A DNA stretch of 64,000 bases from Eledone cirrhosa (taxonomy: Eukaryota): the NCBI GenBank assembly GCA_964016885.1, contig CAXHJY010001759.1:1-64000 (forward strand), read 5' to 3'. This document shows, piece by piece, positions 1 to 18,962 of this stretch (the first letter of the stretch is position 1; each line of letters begins with the position of its first letter). The position numbers and the translations under genes were made by a program. A model generated the notes under the pieces. The model did no database searches and had not been told where the DNA came from. It worked only from the letters and a program-made list of their open reading frames with translations.

Positions 1-21
1 CTGATCCCTCTTATCTCTAAT

Positions 22-3237
<3,216 letters not shown>

Positions 3238-3239
3238 AG

Positions 3240-3316
<77 letters not shown>

Positions 3317-3623
3317 TCTTTCTTTATTTGCCACAAAGAAATATTTCTTTATTAGCCACAAGGGCGCACAAGAAAAGGGGACAATAGATAGATAGGCAGA
3401 CATACATAGTTAGAGAGATAGACAGACAGATAGATAGATAGACGGACATACAGACAAACAGATATATAGACTGACAGACAGACAGACAAAAAGAAATTGG
3501 CAAAAGAACTCAAAACCAAATTTAGCAAAATTTGAGCCAAAATGGTCAGTGGCCAACTTTGAAAACTTTTGTTTAGCACATACACACATACACATATATA
3601 TACATACATACATATACACAGTT

Positions 3624-3664
<41 letters not shown>

Positions 3665-6170
3665 TATACACTGATATACAAACACACACACACATAGACA
3701 TACATACACTGACATACCAACACACACATACACTGATATACCAACACACACAGACACATACATACATACACTGACATACAAACACACACACACACACAGA
3801 CATATACATACACTGACATACAAACACACACATACACTGATATACCAACACACACAGACATACCAACACACACTGACATACAAACAGACATACCAACACA
3901 CATAGACATACCAACACACACCGACATACAAACAGACATACACATACTGATATACCAACACACACAGACTATCTCTCTCACACACACAGTGACCCCCCCC
4001 CCACACACACACACACACAAAGTCACCACTTAAGAGAGTCAGAAATACACCAGTGTCTATGAACAATGAGGAGCCCATCTATGGGGTCACCCCATTTGCT
4101 AGAAATAGTAGCCAATCCAATCCTTTAGCATTTACATTACTCTATATTGACTATATTTTCACGGTAAAGGCTTTATCTCACATAATATCGAATCTATGAG
4201 ATTTTGATATTTATTTTGAGAACAATACCTTAACATAAGTATGAGGGCCCAGTTACAGCTGTTTTGAAGAGAAAGAGGTAAGAGAATTCTGGCTGGATAT
4301 GGCCAGTTTAAATGCTAAAGGGTTAACCCTTTACCATTTAAACTAGGTTAACCTTTTAGCATTTACATTAAGGGTTACATCAGACTATATATACTATTGT
4401 CAACGCACGCGGCCTAGTGGTAAAGGTGTTAGACTTACGATCATCATGTCGTGGTTTCAATTCCTAGGGTTGAGTTATGTTGAGCAAAACACTTCATTTC
4501 ACTTTGCCCCAGTATACTCAGTTGAAAATGAGTACCATCAATAGCTGGGGGTTTAACCCTGCGATGGACTGGCGTCCTGTCCAGGGGGAAGTCTTGTACT
4601 CTCAGTTGCTTCATGCCTTGAAACCAAAATAAGCACTAGCTCAACTCACTGATGAGGCCGTGCTTGTGTATTTGCTATTGTATTTTGATGGTAAACGCTT
4701 TATCTCACATAATATCAAATCTACGAGATTTTGATATTATTTACTTTGAGAACAATACCTTAACATAAGCATGAACAGCCGCTAATGGCCAGTTTGAATA
4801 GAAAGAGGTGAGAGAATTCTGGCTAGATATGGCCGGTTTAAATGCTAAAGGGTTAAACCCAGTGATACCCAAAACAAACCTGTTGCATGATCAGTTTGTG
4901 GGCGACTAAACTAGCAACCCCACAAAGCTTGCTTGGTAATGAGAGTGATTTTTGGACAGCTTGTGGGATGAAAAACAAAGCCCATTAAAGGGCCGAGAGT
5001 CAACAGCCATCCACTCCAAGAGTCAACGGCCATCCAGTAGTGTGTATATTTTAGTACATATATGATTAAGTACCTTTGTGGTGCTGGAGTGGTTTCTGTG
5101 CTCTTTTGATGTGGAGGGTTTTCTGACAGGAGTCTAATTCCTGGTAAGTCCAACTCTACCAGAGAGGCTGGAAGGGTATGAGTCAGACTAAACCTTAATC
5201 ACTAGAGGAATAATCCCTCACTGTAGAATGCACACACACCCCACATAGGGACAATTTGATCATGTTATTATCGGAAACTCCTCTACACCACGTACCATGA
5301 AGGGATTAGGCAATTTGATGTTAATAATAATAATGAAAATATTGTGTACAGTGCTCAGGTGCACTACAACTCATCAAAAAGTCTATGTATAGTACATAGG
5401 GTAATGTACAAACGTCAGGAAAATGAACAGTGCATGAGTCATGATATACACATGGTGCATGTGTATGGAAGAGGTACATCAGGTGTAGTTTTGACGAATC
5501 TCGAACAAACTTCAGGTTTTACCTTATTAGTATTACACCAAGGTAATTTTGGTACACATTACTGTCAGAAACTCCTGTCTCACCTTCTCCATACATGTTT
5601 TTGTGTACCTGGGACCACCTACTCCAAGACAACTTTGGTACACATTACTGTTATTGTGTATCTGGGACCATTTATTCACCAATTTGTTTTAACTTTGCAG
5701 TTGATCATTGCTGTTTTCATATCTAAAGGAGGGCATAACAATTTTTGAGATGTTGAGGTGGGACATGGTACACAAAAGGTTGGAAACCACTGCCTTAGCT
5801 CTTTAGCATATATATATATATATATATATATATTTTTTTTAATTTGTTTGACCCAAATTACTTGGTCGTTTTTTGGCTGTGCGGATGATTGTTTAACCAT
5901 CGTCTCAGTGTGTTTGGCCTTTAATGTATGTTGTAGCTCTGGTTCATCTGAATCATTGAGCATTTGCCACACATCTCGGAGGTTATTTTTCGTTAATTCT
6001 TAAGCCGAAATACGATTCTCACTAATTTATATTTGTATATATATGTATATATATTTTTTCGGTACCCCGGCCGATTAACTCACTCGATATGCAAATTAGG
6101 CTGCTCAGCCGTTAATATGCATAAGGAAAGTATATACTTTCAGACGTTCAATCATCTGGCAGGAAGGTAT

Positions 6171-6213
6171 ACGTTGCTGACGATAGCTAATAAGCTTGAA
6201 ACTAGTACAGCGT
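6171..6213 (+). ncRNA. Minimal type I hammerhead ribozyme motif, apparently intact
   Basis: ACGTTG-CTGACGA-T-AGCT-aata-AGCT-T-GAAA-CTAG-TA-CAGCGT. Stem I is 6 bp (one G.U), stem II is 4 bp with U.U at its base, stem III is palindromic (ACTAGT), and the triplet is GUA (predicted cut after 6207). Confidence 0.8.
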
Positions 6214-6845
6214 TCCTTTGTCAGGGTTGAACAAACGAGCAACGATGGTTGCTAGACACTGTACGGCTTAATTCAGGATGTTTGTTTACAAACACACCGA
6301 GCATTATAATAAATGTTCGGTGAATCCCTACGTACATATATATATATATATGTGTGCATGTATGTATATATATATACATACTACTGTACATCTGTATACA
6401 TATATGTATGTACGTATACATACTTATATATATATATATATATAAGTCTAAAGTCTGTCTTCAGCCAGAATACTCATTTGGCCGGTACTTATCCTGGTTT
6501 CATGGCGTGAAGCGACTGAGAGTACAAAACACCCCTTGGAGAGGATGCCAGTCCATCACAGGGTTAAACTCCCAGCTATTGCTGGTACTCATTTTCAGCT
6601 GAGTATACTGGAGCAACATGAAATGAAGTGTTTTGCTCAAGAACACAACACGTAACTCAGAAATCGAACCCACGACATTAAGATCACCACAGAGATGATA
6701 TAATAGTATATTAAATATCAAATGATACATATTATATGTAAATATAGTAAAGTAAAAAATATATAATATTTATTTATACATAGTATATATTATAGTTGGG
6801 GAGGGTCATGTTATAATATTACCAGACAACATGAGGAAACATAAT

Positions 6846-6894
6846 AGTATCACTGATGATGTCACAGGTGTGTGACGAAAGAGCTCAGAAAACT
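6846..6894 (+). ncRNA. Hammerhead motif (family J), stem I decayed
   Basis: CTGATGA-T-GTCACA-ggtg-TGTGAC-GAAA-GAGC-TC-AGAAAACT. The core and stem II are intact, but stem I pairs only partly. It is preceded by a family J terminus (ttggggagggtcatgtt, ~6796). Confidence 0.6.
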
Positions 6895-7935
6895 CATCCG
6901 CTTAACAAGTGAGGTAGAGCTTGTCACATCGGACCGAGGAAACAATGTTTCCATTGGTCTTTCCAATTGCTAATACTATCTGTCGGTCACAACTCCAGGC
7001 AGAAAGAGCAACGTGAAATAAAGTGTCTTGCTCAAGGACATAACGCATCACCTGGTTCTGGAATCGACCTCACAACCTCACAATTGTGAATCCAATCCTC
7101 TAACCACTTAGCCATGTGCCTTCACACTCACACACATATATATAGAGTAGTCGACCGACTTTCGTCAAATCGGACTGAGGAAACAATGTTTCCGTTGGTC
7201 TTTCCAATTGCTAATACTATCTATCAGTCACAACTCCAGGTAGAAGGAGCAACGTGAAATAAAGTGTCTTGCTCAAGGATATAATGCATCACCTGGTCCT
7301 GGAATCAAACTCACAACCTCATCATCATTTAACGTCTATCTTCCTCGCTAGCATGGGTTAGATGGGAATTGTCCCACTTGTGACAATATTGAGAGGGGGA
7401 CTGTGTTCACTCGTATAGGACTGTCTGGTAGGTTTTCAACGGCTGGTTGCCCTTCCAAACACCAACCACATTTACTGTGTGAACTGGGAGCCTTTTTACC
7501 ATGTCTCCTACACGACCACTTTACAGCATGGACTGGGTGCTTTTTTGTTGTGTCGCCTACACAACCTCTTTAGTTTGGACTGGATGTTCTGTGGTACCAA
7601 CACAACTTTAACCACTTAGCTACTTGCCTTCACACACACACATATATATATATTCACACACACTAATCATACACACATGTTAGTTTTCTATATCCCGTTC
7701 TAGCACCCTTTGAGGTTTTTTATTTAGTTTTCTTTTCTTATGACATTCATCCTTCCATTATTCCTGGATTAAATGACATAAAAGAAATAAAACCGGAAAA
7801 CATTAAAATGAAATACTTAATATGAATACTAATAATAGGACTAATACTAAATAACTTAAGTATACACTACAAACTCATGAAACAACACAACCAAAAAACC
7901 CATGTCATAATATAATATGACAAATAACAAATAAC

Positions 7936-8125
7936 TGTTTCTACTTTTGGCACAAGGCCAGCAATTACCCCAGTGTATTACTGGTACTTTATTTTATCGA
8001 CCCCCGTTAGGATGAAAGGCAAAGTTAACCTCAGTGGGATTTGAACTCAGGCCGTAAAGGGGCGTAACTCTATGCTACAAAGCATGGGGTCCAACCCTCT
8101 ACCGATACTGCCAATCAACCGCCTT
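7936..8125 (-). mobile_element. tRNA-derived SINE (family S1, Nin-like central domain) with 18-bp TSD
   Basis: Has an A-box-like TGGCAGTATCGG and a B-box GAGTTCAAATCC on the minus strand, and the body gcctttcatcct..ggggtcgataaaataaagtaccag. The direct repeat tgacaaataacaaataac occurs at 7918-7935 and 8126-8143. Confidence 0.85.
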
Positions 8126-8263
8126 TGACAAATAACAAATAACAACAAACATTTACAACCGGAGATTGCCTTAGAAGTACTAAAAATATTAACATTTTTT
8201 AAATGTAGTAGTTGTAGTGGTGGTGGTGGTGGTAGTGGTGGTGTAGTGATAGTAGAGTAGGAT

Positions 8264-8297
<34 letters not shown>

Positions 8298-8434
8298 GGT
8301 AGAAGTAGTAGTGGTAGAAGTAGTAGTGGTAGTAGTAATAGTAGTAGTGGATCTTATGTATGTGTGTGAATACTTTTATGCAATAATATCGATGATGATG
8401 ATGATGATGATGATGATGAATGTACTAATTTGTA

Positions 8435-9090
8435 ATAATAATTTTCTACTTTTTGGCACAAGGCCAGCAATTACCCCAATGCATTACTGATACTTTATTT
8501 TATCGACCCCTTCTAATAATAATGATTTCTACTATAGGCACAAGGCCAGTAATTTTGGGGGAGGGGAAAGTCAATTAAATCGACCCAGTGCATTACTGGT
8601 ACTGCCAATCCTAATAATAAATGTTTCTACTTTTGGCACAAGGCCAGCAATTTCCCAGTAGATTACAGGTACTTTATTTTATCGACCCCGTAAGGATGAA
8701 AGGCAAAGTTAACCTCGGTGGGAGTTGAACTCAAGCCGTAACGGGCCGTAACTCTATGCTGCAAAGCATGGTGTCCTACCCTCTACCGATACTGCCAACC
8801 CACAATAATAATTGTTTCTACTTTAGGCACAAGGCCAGCAATTACCCAGTACATTACTGGTACTTTATTTTATCGACTCCGTAAGGATGAAAGGCAAAGT
8901 TAACCTCAGTGGGATTTGAACTCAGAACGTAAAGGGATGTAACTCTATAACGGCTTCTGATTAAGGCACAAGGCCAACAATTGGATAAAAGGGAAAGATG
9001 ACCATATCTACCACAGTGCATTACTGGTACTTTATTTTATCAGGATTTTAACTCAGAACGAAAAGGGACCTAACTCTATACCGCAAAGCA
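8435..9090 (-). mobile_element. Tandem cluster of S1 SINE copies/fragments
   Basis: About five head-to-tail copies, each beginning (aat)n..tttctact..ggcacaaggcca. Confidence 0.8.
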
Positions 9091-9758
9091 ACAAGAGGTT
9101 ATCTATAAAATCTATTAAATGAAAAAAAAAAAGGGAGGGAAAGGGTGTGAAAGGAAGGGGTTGTCAGCAACAGTAAGGGATATTTAGTGATGGCAGGGAT
9201 GGGGGGAGACGGAAAGAGACGGAAAAGGAAGGATGAGGAAGGAAGGAAGGGTGGGGGGGGGAGACCAAAGATCTCTAACCTCGCCTTCTCTCTTAACCTC
9301 TCATGCCCTCATAACCCCACCCCACAGAGACGGAAAAGGAAGGATGAGGAAGGAAGGAAGGAAGGGGGGGGGGGAGACCAAAGATCTCTAACCTCGCCTT
9401 CTCTCTTAACCTCTCATGCCCTCATAACCCCACCCCACAGAAAAGCCCACCCAACCCTAAAAAGAAAAAAAAAGAAAAATACAGGAAATTAAAATGCCTT
9501 GCGGTGGTGTTGAATTGGTGTGACAGGTAGGGATATAGAGTTAGATTATAAACCAAGTTATTAAGGGGTAGGTGTGTGTAAGGGGTCACGGAAGGAAGGG
9601 TGGGGAAGGGGGAAATTGGGGAGGGTGAAGAGAAGGATCAATACCGATGATGATAACAATGATGATGATGATGATGACAGTGAGTGGTGGTATGATGGTG
9701 ATGGTGGTGGTGGTGGTGGTGATGGCAGTGACTGGTGATATGATGTTGATGGTGGTGA

Positions 9759-9792
<34 letters not shown>

Positions 9793-10930
9793 GGCGGCAG
9801 TGACTGGTGATATGATGTTGATGGTGGTGGTGATGATGATGATGGTGGTAGTGGTGATGATGATGATGATGGTGACAATATTGATGTGGTAGTGCTGGTG
9901 TTGATGATGATGGTGGAGGTGACAATATTGATGTGGTGGTGGTGGTGGTGGTAGTGGTGGTGGTGATGATGGTGACGGTGGTGGTGATCAAATATAATGA
10001 TGGTAGTGGTGGTGATGATTGTTGAGTTGGTGGCATTGGTGGTGGTGGTGGTGGTGGTGGTGGTGGTGGTGGTGATGATGATGGTAGTGGTGGTGGTGGT
10101 GATGGTGATGTAATGGTGGTGACGGTGGTGGTGATGTAATGGTGGTGATCAAATATTATGGGAATGTAATGATACAACAGAAAAATGAAAGGATATTATT
10201 GTTGTTGTTGTTGTTGCTGTTTTTAGGGTTTTTTTTCTGTATTTAACTTCCGCTAATCATAGATCTTCCCCACCACCATTACCCCAACAATAACACCATT
10301 ACACCACCTACAACAACAACAACAACATCAAAATAACACCAGCACCATCACATCACCACTACCACAGACATCACCTTGCACTACCACACCACCACCACAC
10401 TGACAAAACCATTGCACTACCACACCACTACCAACCACACCATCACCAACCACCACCACCACAACACCACCATCACTAATACCAACCACACCACCACACC
10501 ACCACCACCACCACCACACCATCACCAACCACACCACCACAACAACAACACCACCACCAACCACACAACCACTACACCACCAACAACACCATCACACCAC
10601 AACACCACCACCATCATCCACACCATCACACCACACCACCACCACCACCACCACCACTAATAACCAACCACACCATCACCACCACCGTATCCTCTCTCTC
10701 ACTCCGCAATCAAACGTAGAATCGCAAAGATTCAACAATTGACCAATATAGGAAAATTATTGATAATTTTCTTCTTCCTGTGTCAAAAGTATCGAAGAAA
10801 AATATCCAAGTGGAATTGGTAGACAATAAAATATTGTTCTAACGTTTTTATAAAACGATTAATTATTAATAATGATAATAATAATAATTATTATTAACAT
10901 CATAATTACTATACCATATCGAACAGGGCG

Positions 10931-10994
<64 letters not shown>

Positions 10995-10996
<2 letters not shown>

Positions 10997-11188
10997 CGAA
11001 GGAAATGTGGTAAGGAACCAGATGGACCATAACGCACCAGAGTACTCAATACTTAGGGTAGTGGAGTGGGCAATAGGAACAAGTATGACCCCGACGGCAG
11101 AGCTCAAGCCGTTTCGACGGCTAATTCTGGTCGGAATTAGACGTCGAAACGGCTTGAGCTCTGCCGTCGGGGTCATACTTGTTCCTAT
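10995..11188 (-). mobile_element. Family A palindromic element (hammerhead 3' half plus conserved terminus)
   Basis: The 55-bp inverted arms are 11073-11127 and 11134-11188. It contains GAAA-CGGC-ttgagctct-GCCG-TC (stem III + GUC) and is flanked by (AT)n on both sides. Confidence 0.75.
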
Positions 11189-12129
11189 ATATATATATAT
11201 CTTATAAAGAGTGGGTGCCCGACGGCTGAGCCCTTGCCGTTTCAACAACAGTTTGATATTCCCCAGTATGGTTAGCTCAATAGCTATATGAAACCAATAA
11301 AATATTATGTATATATATATATATATATATGCGTGTTTATGTGTATACATACCCCAGTATGGTCACAGTCCTATAGCTAATAATTAGTAAGAGAATATGG
11401 GTGTATCAGTGCGCGTGCATATGTATGTGTGTGTGTATATATATATATATATATTGTTATATATGGGTAGGGTCATATTGTGTTAATATTGCCAGAAATA
11501 ATAAAGCACACGATTTCATATAAAAAACCTTGCAAAACAAATATTTATATGTGTATATACAAATATATATATATATATACACGCACACGTTCAAACGTTA
11601 CATTATATGTACATTACATTATATATACAAAAATATACATATACATAAAAATATATAAATATACATAAATATATATATATTATATACATACAGTATGTTC
11701 AAACATTATATATACAGTATGTTCAAATGTTTAAGTGCGTATTCACCGGAAGTTGGGTAGCGCCCATAACCCACCCTTTTTTTCGGGCAGGGACCTCTAC
11801 CCTTGTATGGGAAGGAGGTGGAGAAATCTACAGCCATTACCACAACCAACACCACAACCCAAATCTTCGCAACAGATTCTAGTTACTCATACGCCACAAA
11901 CATCCGGGACCGTTTGTTAACACTGATGGTGTTAAACCGGGTGCTAGATTAAGTCCTACCCAACCCAAGCAATCCACTACACACCCCTAAACCAGACCAG
12001 GGCACATCAGATTATAATACAAGACGGCCCCGTCACACATAAAACAAGGGCGTTAGATGAAACGAGATTATAAAAGAAATAGATACGAGGGTGTACATAT
12101 CAATCTATCTATATATATAAAGAAAGATA

Positions 12130-12165
<36 letters not shown>

Positions 12166-12302
12166 AACTATAATATATATAATAAATGGAGTAAAAACAA
12201 GTTATATATATATAACTATATATACACATGTAAATATATAGGATTTCATACGAATGAAACAGTACTAGTCCTGTAGAACCCTTTTCTATATAAAGCCTGT
12301 CT

Positions 12303-12346
<44 letters not shown>

Positions 12347-12398
12347 TGAAGACGAGTTTATATAGAAAAGGCTTCTTCAGGACTAGTACCGTTTCATT

Positions 12399-12443
<45 letters not shown>

Positions 12444-13536
12444 CATGTGTGCCAATGTCCCCTCGGCTTATAAGACAGGTAGACGACTCAAGTCTGTAGC
12501 AGAAGACACTTGCTCATGTAGATATATAAATACACATACACACACATATATAATATACTCTCATACATATATGTATACATACACACTCATAAATATATAC
12601 ACATTCATTTGAATGCATACATTTTTGGGGGACATCCTGTATACATACTCATGATATATAGTCATACATAGACTCATATATATACACGCACACATACATA
12701 CACATTATATGTGTGTGTGTGTATATATATATAATGAGTGTGTGTGACTGTCCCCTCGGAATTATGAAACATGAGTGGACAACTCGATGCTACAATAAGA
12801 CATTTGTCCTATCCATATACGTATATGTGTGTGCGTGAATATGTATACATATATATAGTTATATGTATGTATGTACAAATATATACGCATGTGCAAAGGG
12901 AGTGTGTGTGCCCATGCATTTATATAGACATAGGTATGTATTCACACACACATATATACATATATGAATGTGTATATGTATATATGTGTGTGTGTGTGTG
13001 TGTGTGTGAGAGCTCCCTTAACCACACGTATATAGATATATGAATGTGTATATATTTATCTATGCATGTGTATGAGAGCTCACTTAACCACATATAGACA
13101 TATGTGTGTATATATATATAGTAATAATAAATGTGAAGACTAAAATCCGAAGAGGGTTCGATAAGGGATAATATATTATTGGTTATATATATATATATAT
13201 ATATATAGTGTCCCCTAAAATGTATACTCACTTTGACTAGAATGTTGTTGAAGTGTGTATACATTTTTCGGGATACCCTGTATATACATACATACATATA
13301 GCCATTTCTATATTAAATATTTATACTCTGCTATGTATTGAGTACCTTACTTACTGTGGTTACCCCCGATTGACCCCGGGATATATATATGGGGGAATAT
13401 ATGTATGTGTGTATATGAGATCTCACTTAACAACACGTATATAGATATATGAAAAGTGTGTGTATGTGTATACATATATATGGGTATGTATGTGTGTATA
13501 TGAGATCTCACTTAACAACACATATAGATATATGAA

Positions 13537-13570
<34 letters not shown>

Positions 13571-13847
13571 AGCTCGATATTATTTGTCAACTAGACGTAT
13601 GTTGACGGCAGAGCTGTTAATAATAAATATATATTAACAGTAGAGGGACAGCAAATGCAACGAAAGAAAGCGGATGGAAGTTATAAAAAGACACATTGTT
13701 GTAGCTAGTGTTGTATTAGTTGGCCTGTTTCCTTCCTTGCCCCTCACTCCCTTAAATACCACCCCACCCAGCCAAGCCAAGACAATTATCACATTCTGGA
13801 ACACTCTGTATGTCTGTCTGTCTGTCTGTCGTTCTTACAGTGTCGTA

Positions 13848-13896
<49 letters not shown>

Positions 13897-14787
13897 GTCT
13901 ATCTCTCCCTATATATATATATACACACACATAGATATGTCCCTCTATATATGGATAAATAAACTATATATATATACATCCATTTACTCAAATAAGTACA
14001 CACACATACATACGTCTATGTATGTATAAATACAAACACTATATATAATATATAGAGAGAGAAAGAGAGATCTTGGCCACTATTGTCAAAATTATGCTTA
14101 ACCAAGGAAACACTATGCATATATATATATACATATATACACACACAAAAATCACATGTACACATACACAAGACGTAGATATATATATGCATACACGAAC
14201 ACATACATTTCTCTCCACATACACACATACATACATATACAAGACATGCATACATACACAGGTACATATAAACACATACAGACATTATACATATATTCAC
14301 ACAAACATACGTATATATATAATATATAATAAATACATATACATGTATTATATACACATACATTCAAAGGATGATCCATATACAAAACCAGTTAGTTTTT
14401 AGATTTAGATGTTTGATATAGGGTGGGCAGACATAGAGAAATTAGTATATATATATATATATACACACACACATATGTGTGTGTGTATGTATATATATAT
14501 ATATATAAAGTTTTAGCCACCAAGAAGTAATCAAAAGATGACATTTCTTTAGAAATGTCATATTTAAACATATTATACATACATATATACATATATATAT
14601 ATGAAGATCGATAGATAGATATATATATACATATATATCTTTATACGACACATGATTATATATATATATTCATTTATATACATTTATAACACACTGAAAA
14701 ATAACTCACCGATGTTTATATACATATATACACATATATATATTAAAGTATATATAATATAGTATACATATTTTTATAATTATATAC

Positions 14788-14818
<31 letters not shown>

Positions 14819-15742
14819 TACGTATCCGTATGACAGATTATATATAAATATATATATATAAATATATATAACACGCACAGGCGACAAGGTGCTCGTAAAA
14901 TCCAAATAGCAGACTAGGAGTTCGTCTCTTACATTATCTATTTTACATTCGCTTTCATTCTGTCTCTCTCTTACTCTCTATATCGCCTTCCCTCACTCTG
15001 TCTCTCTTACTCTCTCTATCGCCTCCCCCTCACTTTGTCTCACTATTTCTCTCTCTATTACCTCCCTTACTTTGTCTTTCTTTCCCTCTCTATCACCTCC
15101 CCCCACTGTTTTTAGTCTTTCTCTCTCTATTATCCCCCTTACTTTGTCTTTCTCTCTCTCTCTATCACCTCTCATTACTTTGCTAGTCTTTCTCTCTCTT
15201 TCTTATTCTGTGTCTCTGTTTGACTTTTACTCCCTCCCTCACTTTCTTTGTCTTTCTCTCTCTCTGTATCCACGTCTCACTCTCTTTCTTTCAGCCCCAC
15301 CTTTATCAGTACTACTACTACCACTACTACGCGACAACCACCACTTACAACTACTACTCTTACTACCACTCTTACTATATCTACTACTAATACTACCACC
15401 ACTACCACCGTGCCCTCCACCTCACACTTTTATTTTCGCACGGTTGCCGTCCATTCATTCCATTCGTTCTATTATTCCATTCGTTCCGACATTCGAACAT
15501 TCTCACGCTATCTACACATACACTTACATATACATACATTTACACATATGTGTATGCTTACACACACATAGTTTGATATTCACATACGATTGTCTGCATG
15601 TAGGAATAGGAATAAGACGGTTTCGGCATTTAATGGTATACTTGGATTTGATTGGTTGAAATTATCACTTGCACTGAAGCGCTTCACAAGTAAAGTAAAA
15701 GTGTTTGTATATCTGAACAATGTATACATATATATACATATG

Positions 15743-15779
<37 letters not shown>

Positions 15780-15975
15780 GTATGTATGTATATATATATA
15801 CATAATATATACATGTATACATATGTATATTATACATAAGTATATATATATATATATATAGAAATATATAAATATGTATGTATATATATGTATATATATA
15901 TATGTATATTGTTATACTTTGGGAGGGTCATGTTGCCAATAAGAAACACACGCACCAGTTGCTTTCACTTCAATT

Positions 15976-16352
<377 letters not shown>

Positions 16353-17036
16353 ATGTATTTAAACATATATATATATATATACATATGTGTGTATATATAT
16401 ATACTTTATAAATATACATATATGTATGTATGTATGCATATATATATATATGCTTATATATATATATGCTTATATATATATATATATATAAGCATATATA
16501 TATATAAGCATATATATATATATATGCATACATATGTATGCATATATATATATATGCATACATACATATATGTATATTTATAAGGTATATATATATACAC
16601 ACATATGTATATATATATATATGTATAAACATATATATATATATACATACATATATGTATATTTATAAAGTATATATATATATACATATGTATATTTATA
16701 AAGTTTATATATACATATGTATACATTTGTATATATATACACACACATACCTGTATATATATATAGAGAGAGAGATGGTATATCCTGACCGCGGAAGCCA
16801 GGCAGTTTCGGCTTCTGTGTTCAGCAAGACTATGTGTGTGTGTTTGTAATATATGGCTTAAGAAATCACTAAAAACTGTGCCCGGCGCAAGGGAGGTAAC
16901 TCGCCATTGAACTTAATCATACACAGATGTGAGTGTGCTTATAAGTACGTTCGCCCGAGCATATATATATATATGCTCGGGCGATATATATATATATATA
17001 TCGGGCGATATATATATATATATATATCTAGGCCGA

Positions 17037-17070
<34 letters not shown>

Positions 17071-17075
<5 letters not shown>

Positions 17076-17420
17076 AACGAGTAGGACCCCGAGGGCTGAG
17101 CTCAAGCCGTCTCGACGGCTAATTCTGGACCACTCTACTACCCTAAGTATTGAGTACTTTGGTGCGTTATGGTCCACCTGGTTCCTTACCACATTTCCTT
17201 CGTTATATATATATATATATATATATATATAGGAACGAGTAGGACCCCGACGGCTGAGCTCAAGCCGTTTCGACGGCTAATTCTCAGAATTAGCCGTCGA
17301 AACGGCTTGAGCTCAGCCGTCGGGGTCTTACTTGTTCCTATTACCCGCTCTACTACCCTAAGTATTGAGTACTTTGGTGCGTTATGGTCCACCTGGTTCC
17401 TTACCACATTTCCTTCGTTA
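17071..17420 (+). mobile_element. Two family A elements separated by (AT)n
   Basis: The copies are at 17071-17205 (internally deleted) and 17229-17420 (fold-back centred ~17284). Both end ...ccacatttccttcgtta(ta)n. Confidence 0.75.
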
Positions 17421-17579
17421 TATATATATATATGTTCGGCCTAGATCGATACATATCGATCCTTGAGCTGATCAGTGGCTAAACGCGCGTCATCAACCAA
17501 TAAACGTAATGAAGGAGTAACAAATCGTCCTTGTTTTATTTTATTTTACTATATATATATATACATACTTTTATTGGTT

Positions 17580-17664
17580 GGTGATGTGCGTTTAGCCACT
17601 GATTAGCTCAAGGTTCGATCTGTATCGATCTAACCCGACTCTGTAATCCGTGGTTCGTCAGACC
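17580..17664 (-). ncRNA. Hammerhead motif with long stem II (family G), decayed
   Basis: The minus strand reads GGT-CTGACGA-ACCACGGATTA...TAATCAGTGGC-TAAAC-GCAC-ATC-ACC, with G12>U. An inverted partial copy at 17440-17504 ends TAAACGCGCGTC. Confidence 0.55.
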
Positions 17665-17753
17665 CCTTACAATGGTAATGGAAGAATGATTATACATGGC
17701 GTATGAGAAGTGGTCACCGGGTGAACCTAAAGTAACTCCAAGTTAGTCTCCAG

Positions 17754-17793
<40 letters not shown>

Positions 17794-18530
17794 ATGTGTG
17801 CGTGCGTGCGTGCGTGTGTGAGTGAGTCCCGGGTTCAATCGGAGGTGACCAAAGTAGGTAAGGTACTCAATACATTAGTAGAGTGTAAACAACAGATTTA
17901 ATATAGAAATGGCTTCTACGTCAGGAACGGCAACTAGCATTGTAATGTTGTGGTATCTGTATGTTTTCTTGTGGTTGGGGTAGGCGGTGATTGGGACGGG
18001 TGGAGGTCATTGGCTGAAGAATCTTTAAAGAACTGGGACTCTTTGAAAGAATATGTGTGTGTGTGTGTGTGTGTGAAAGTGCATGGCTTAGTGGTTAGAC
18101 AGTTGGGTTTATAATCGTGAGGTTGTGAGTTCGATTCTCGGACCAGTCTGTGAGAAAGACTGGTATACATGGGCGACTGCTAATCCTCTACAAACACACC
18201 TTACCTAGACTTGTGTCATGGAAGGGAACTTTCTAGGTACAAACCCCATGGTCATTTGCGTCCGAAGGAGGTCTTTATCCTTATATCGGGTCCGGGTAAG
18301 TTTTTTACATTCATTTAAATTATTGATTTATTGATATATATTTGAGTGACCCGAATCTTCCTGGTCGTTCTTTTTCGGCTGTACGGGTGATTTTAGGCAT
18401 ATTCTCCATGTGTTAGTAATTTAACGATAGTTATAGCTCTGATTTATCCAAATTATTGAGCCCTCTGCCACTCATATCGGATATTGTTTATCGTTAATTC
18501 GTGAGCTGATTTTCCGATACTCGATTATTC

Positions 18531-18584
<54 letters not shown>

Positions 18585-18667
18585 GTTATTCCGGGTTGAA
18601 TCGGAGGTAACCACAGTAAGTAAGGTACTCAATACATTGCAGAGTATAAAAGTTTTAATATAGATGA

Positions 18668-18716
18668 GATTCTACAGGACTAGAACTGTTTCATTCTTTA
18701 GAAATCATCAGGAATC
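18668..18716 (-). ncRNA. Type I hammerhead motif (family B), intact
   Basis: The minus strand reads GATTC-CTGATGA-T-TTC-taaa-GAA-T-GAAA-CAG-ttctagtc-CTG-TA-GAATC, with a perfect 5-bp stem I, a 4-bp stem III and a GUA triplet. Confidence 0.75.
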
Positions 18717-18720
18717 TGAT

Positions 18721-18769
18721 GATTTCTGATGATTTCTAAAGAATGAAACAGTTCTAGTCCTGTAGAATC
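18721..18769 (+). ncRNA. Type I hammerhead motif (family B), inverted twin of 18668-18716
   Basis: GATTT-CTGATGA-TTTCTAAAGAAT-GAAACAG-TTCTAGTC-CTGTA-GAATC. Stem I is 5 bp with one G.U. Confidence 0.7.
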
Positions 18770-18772
18770 TCA

Positions 18773-18834
<62 letters not shown>

Positions 18835-18962
18835 TAAAATAACAGATTAAAGTTTAAGCAAAGAATCGCTGCTTTCACCCTTATATATTTGATATATTAT
18901 CCTTATCGAGCCCTCTTTGGATTTTAGTCTTCAAATTTATTATTATTACTATATATATATAT

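Noticed and set aside
4648-4665. CTGATGAGGCC core-like string
   Set aside because: There is no downstream stem II-GAAA, and it lies in a SINE tail.
9215-9440. ~110-bp direct duplication giving a Lys/Gly-rich ORF
   Set aside because: It is a simple local tandem duplication of purine-rich sequence with no coding evidence.
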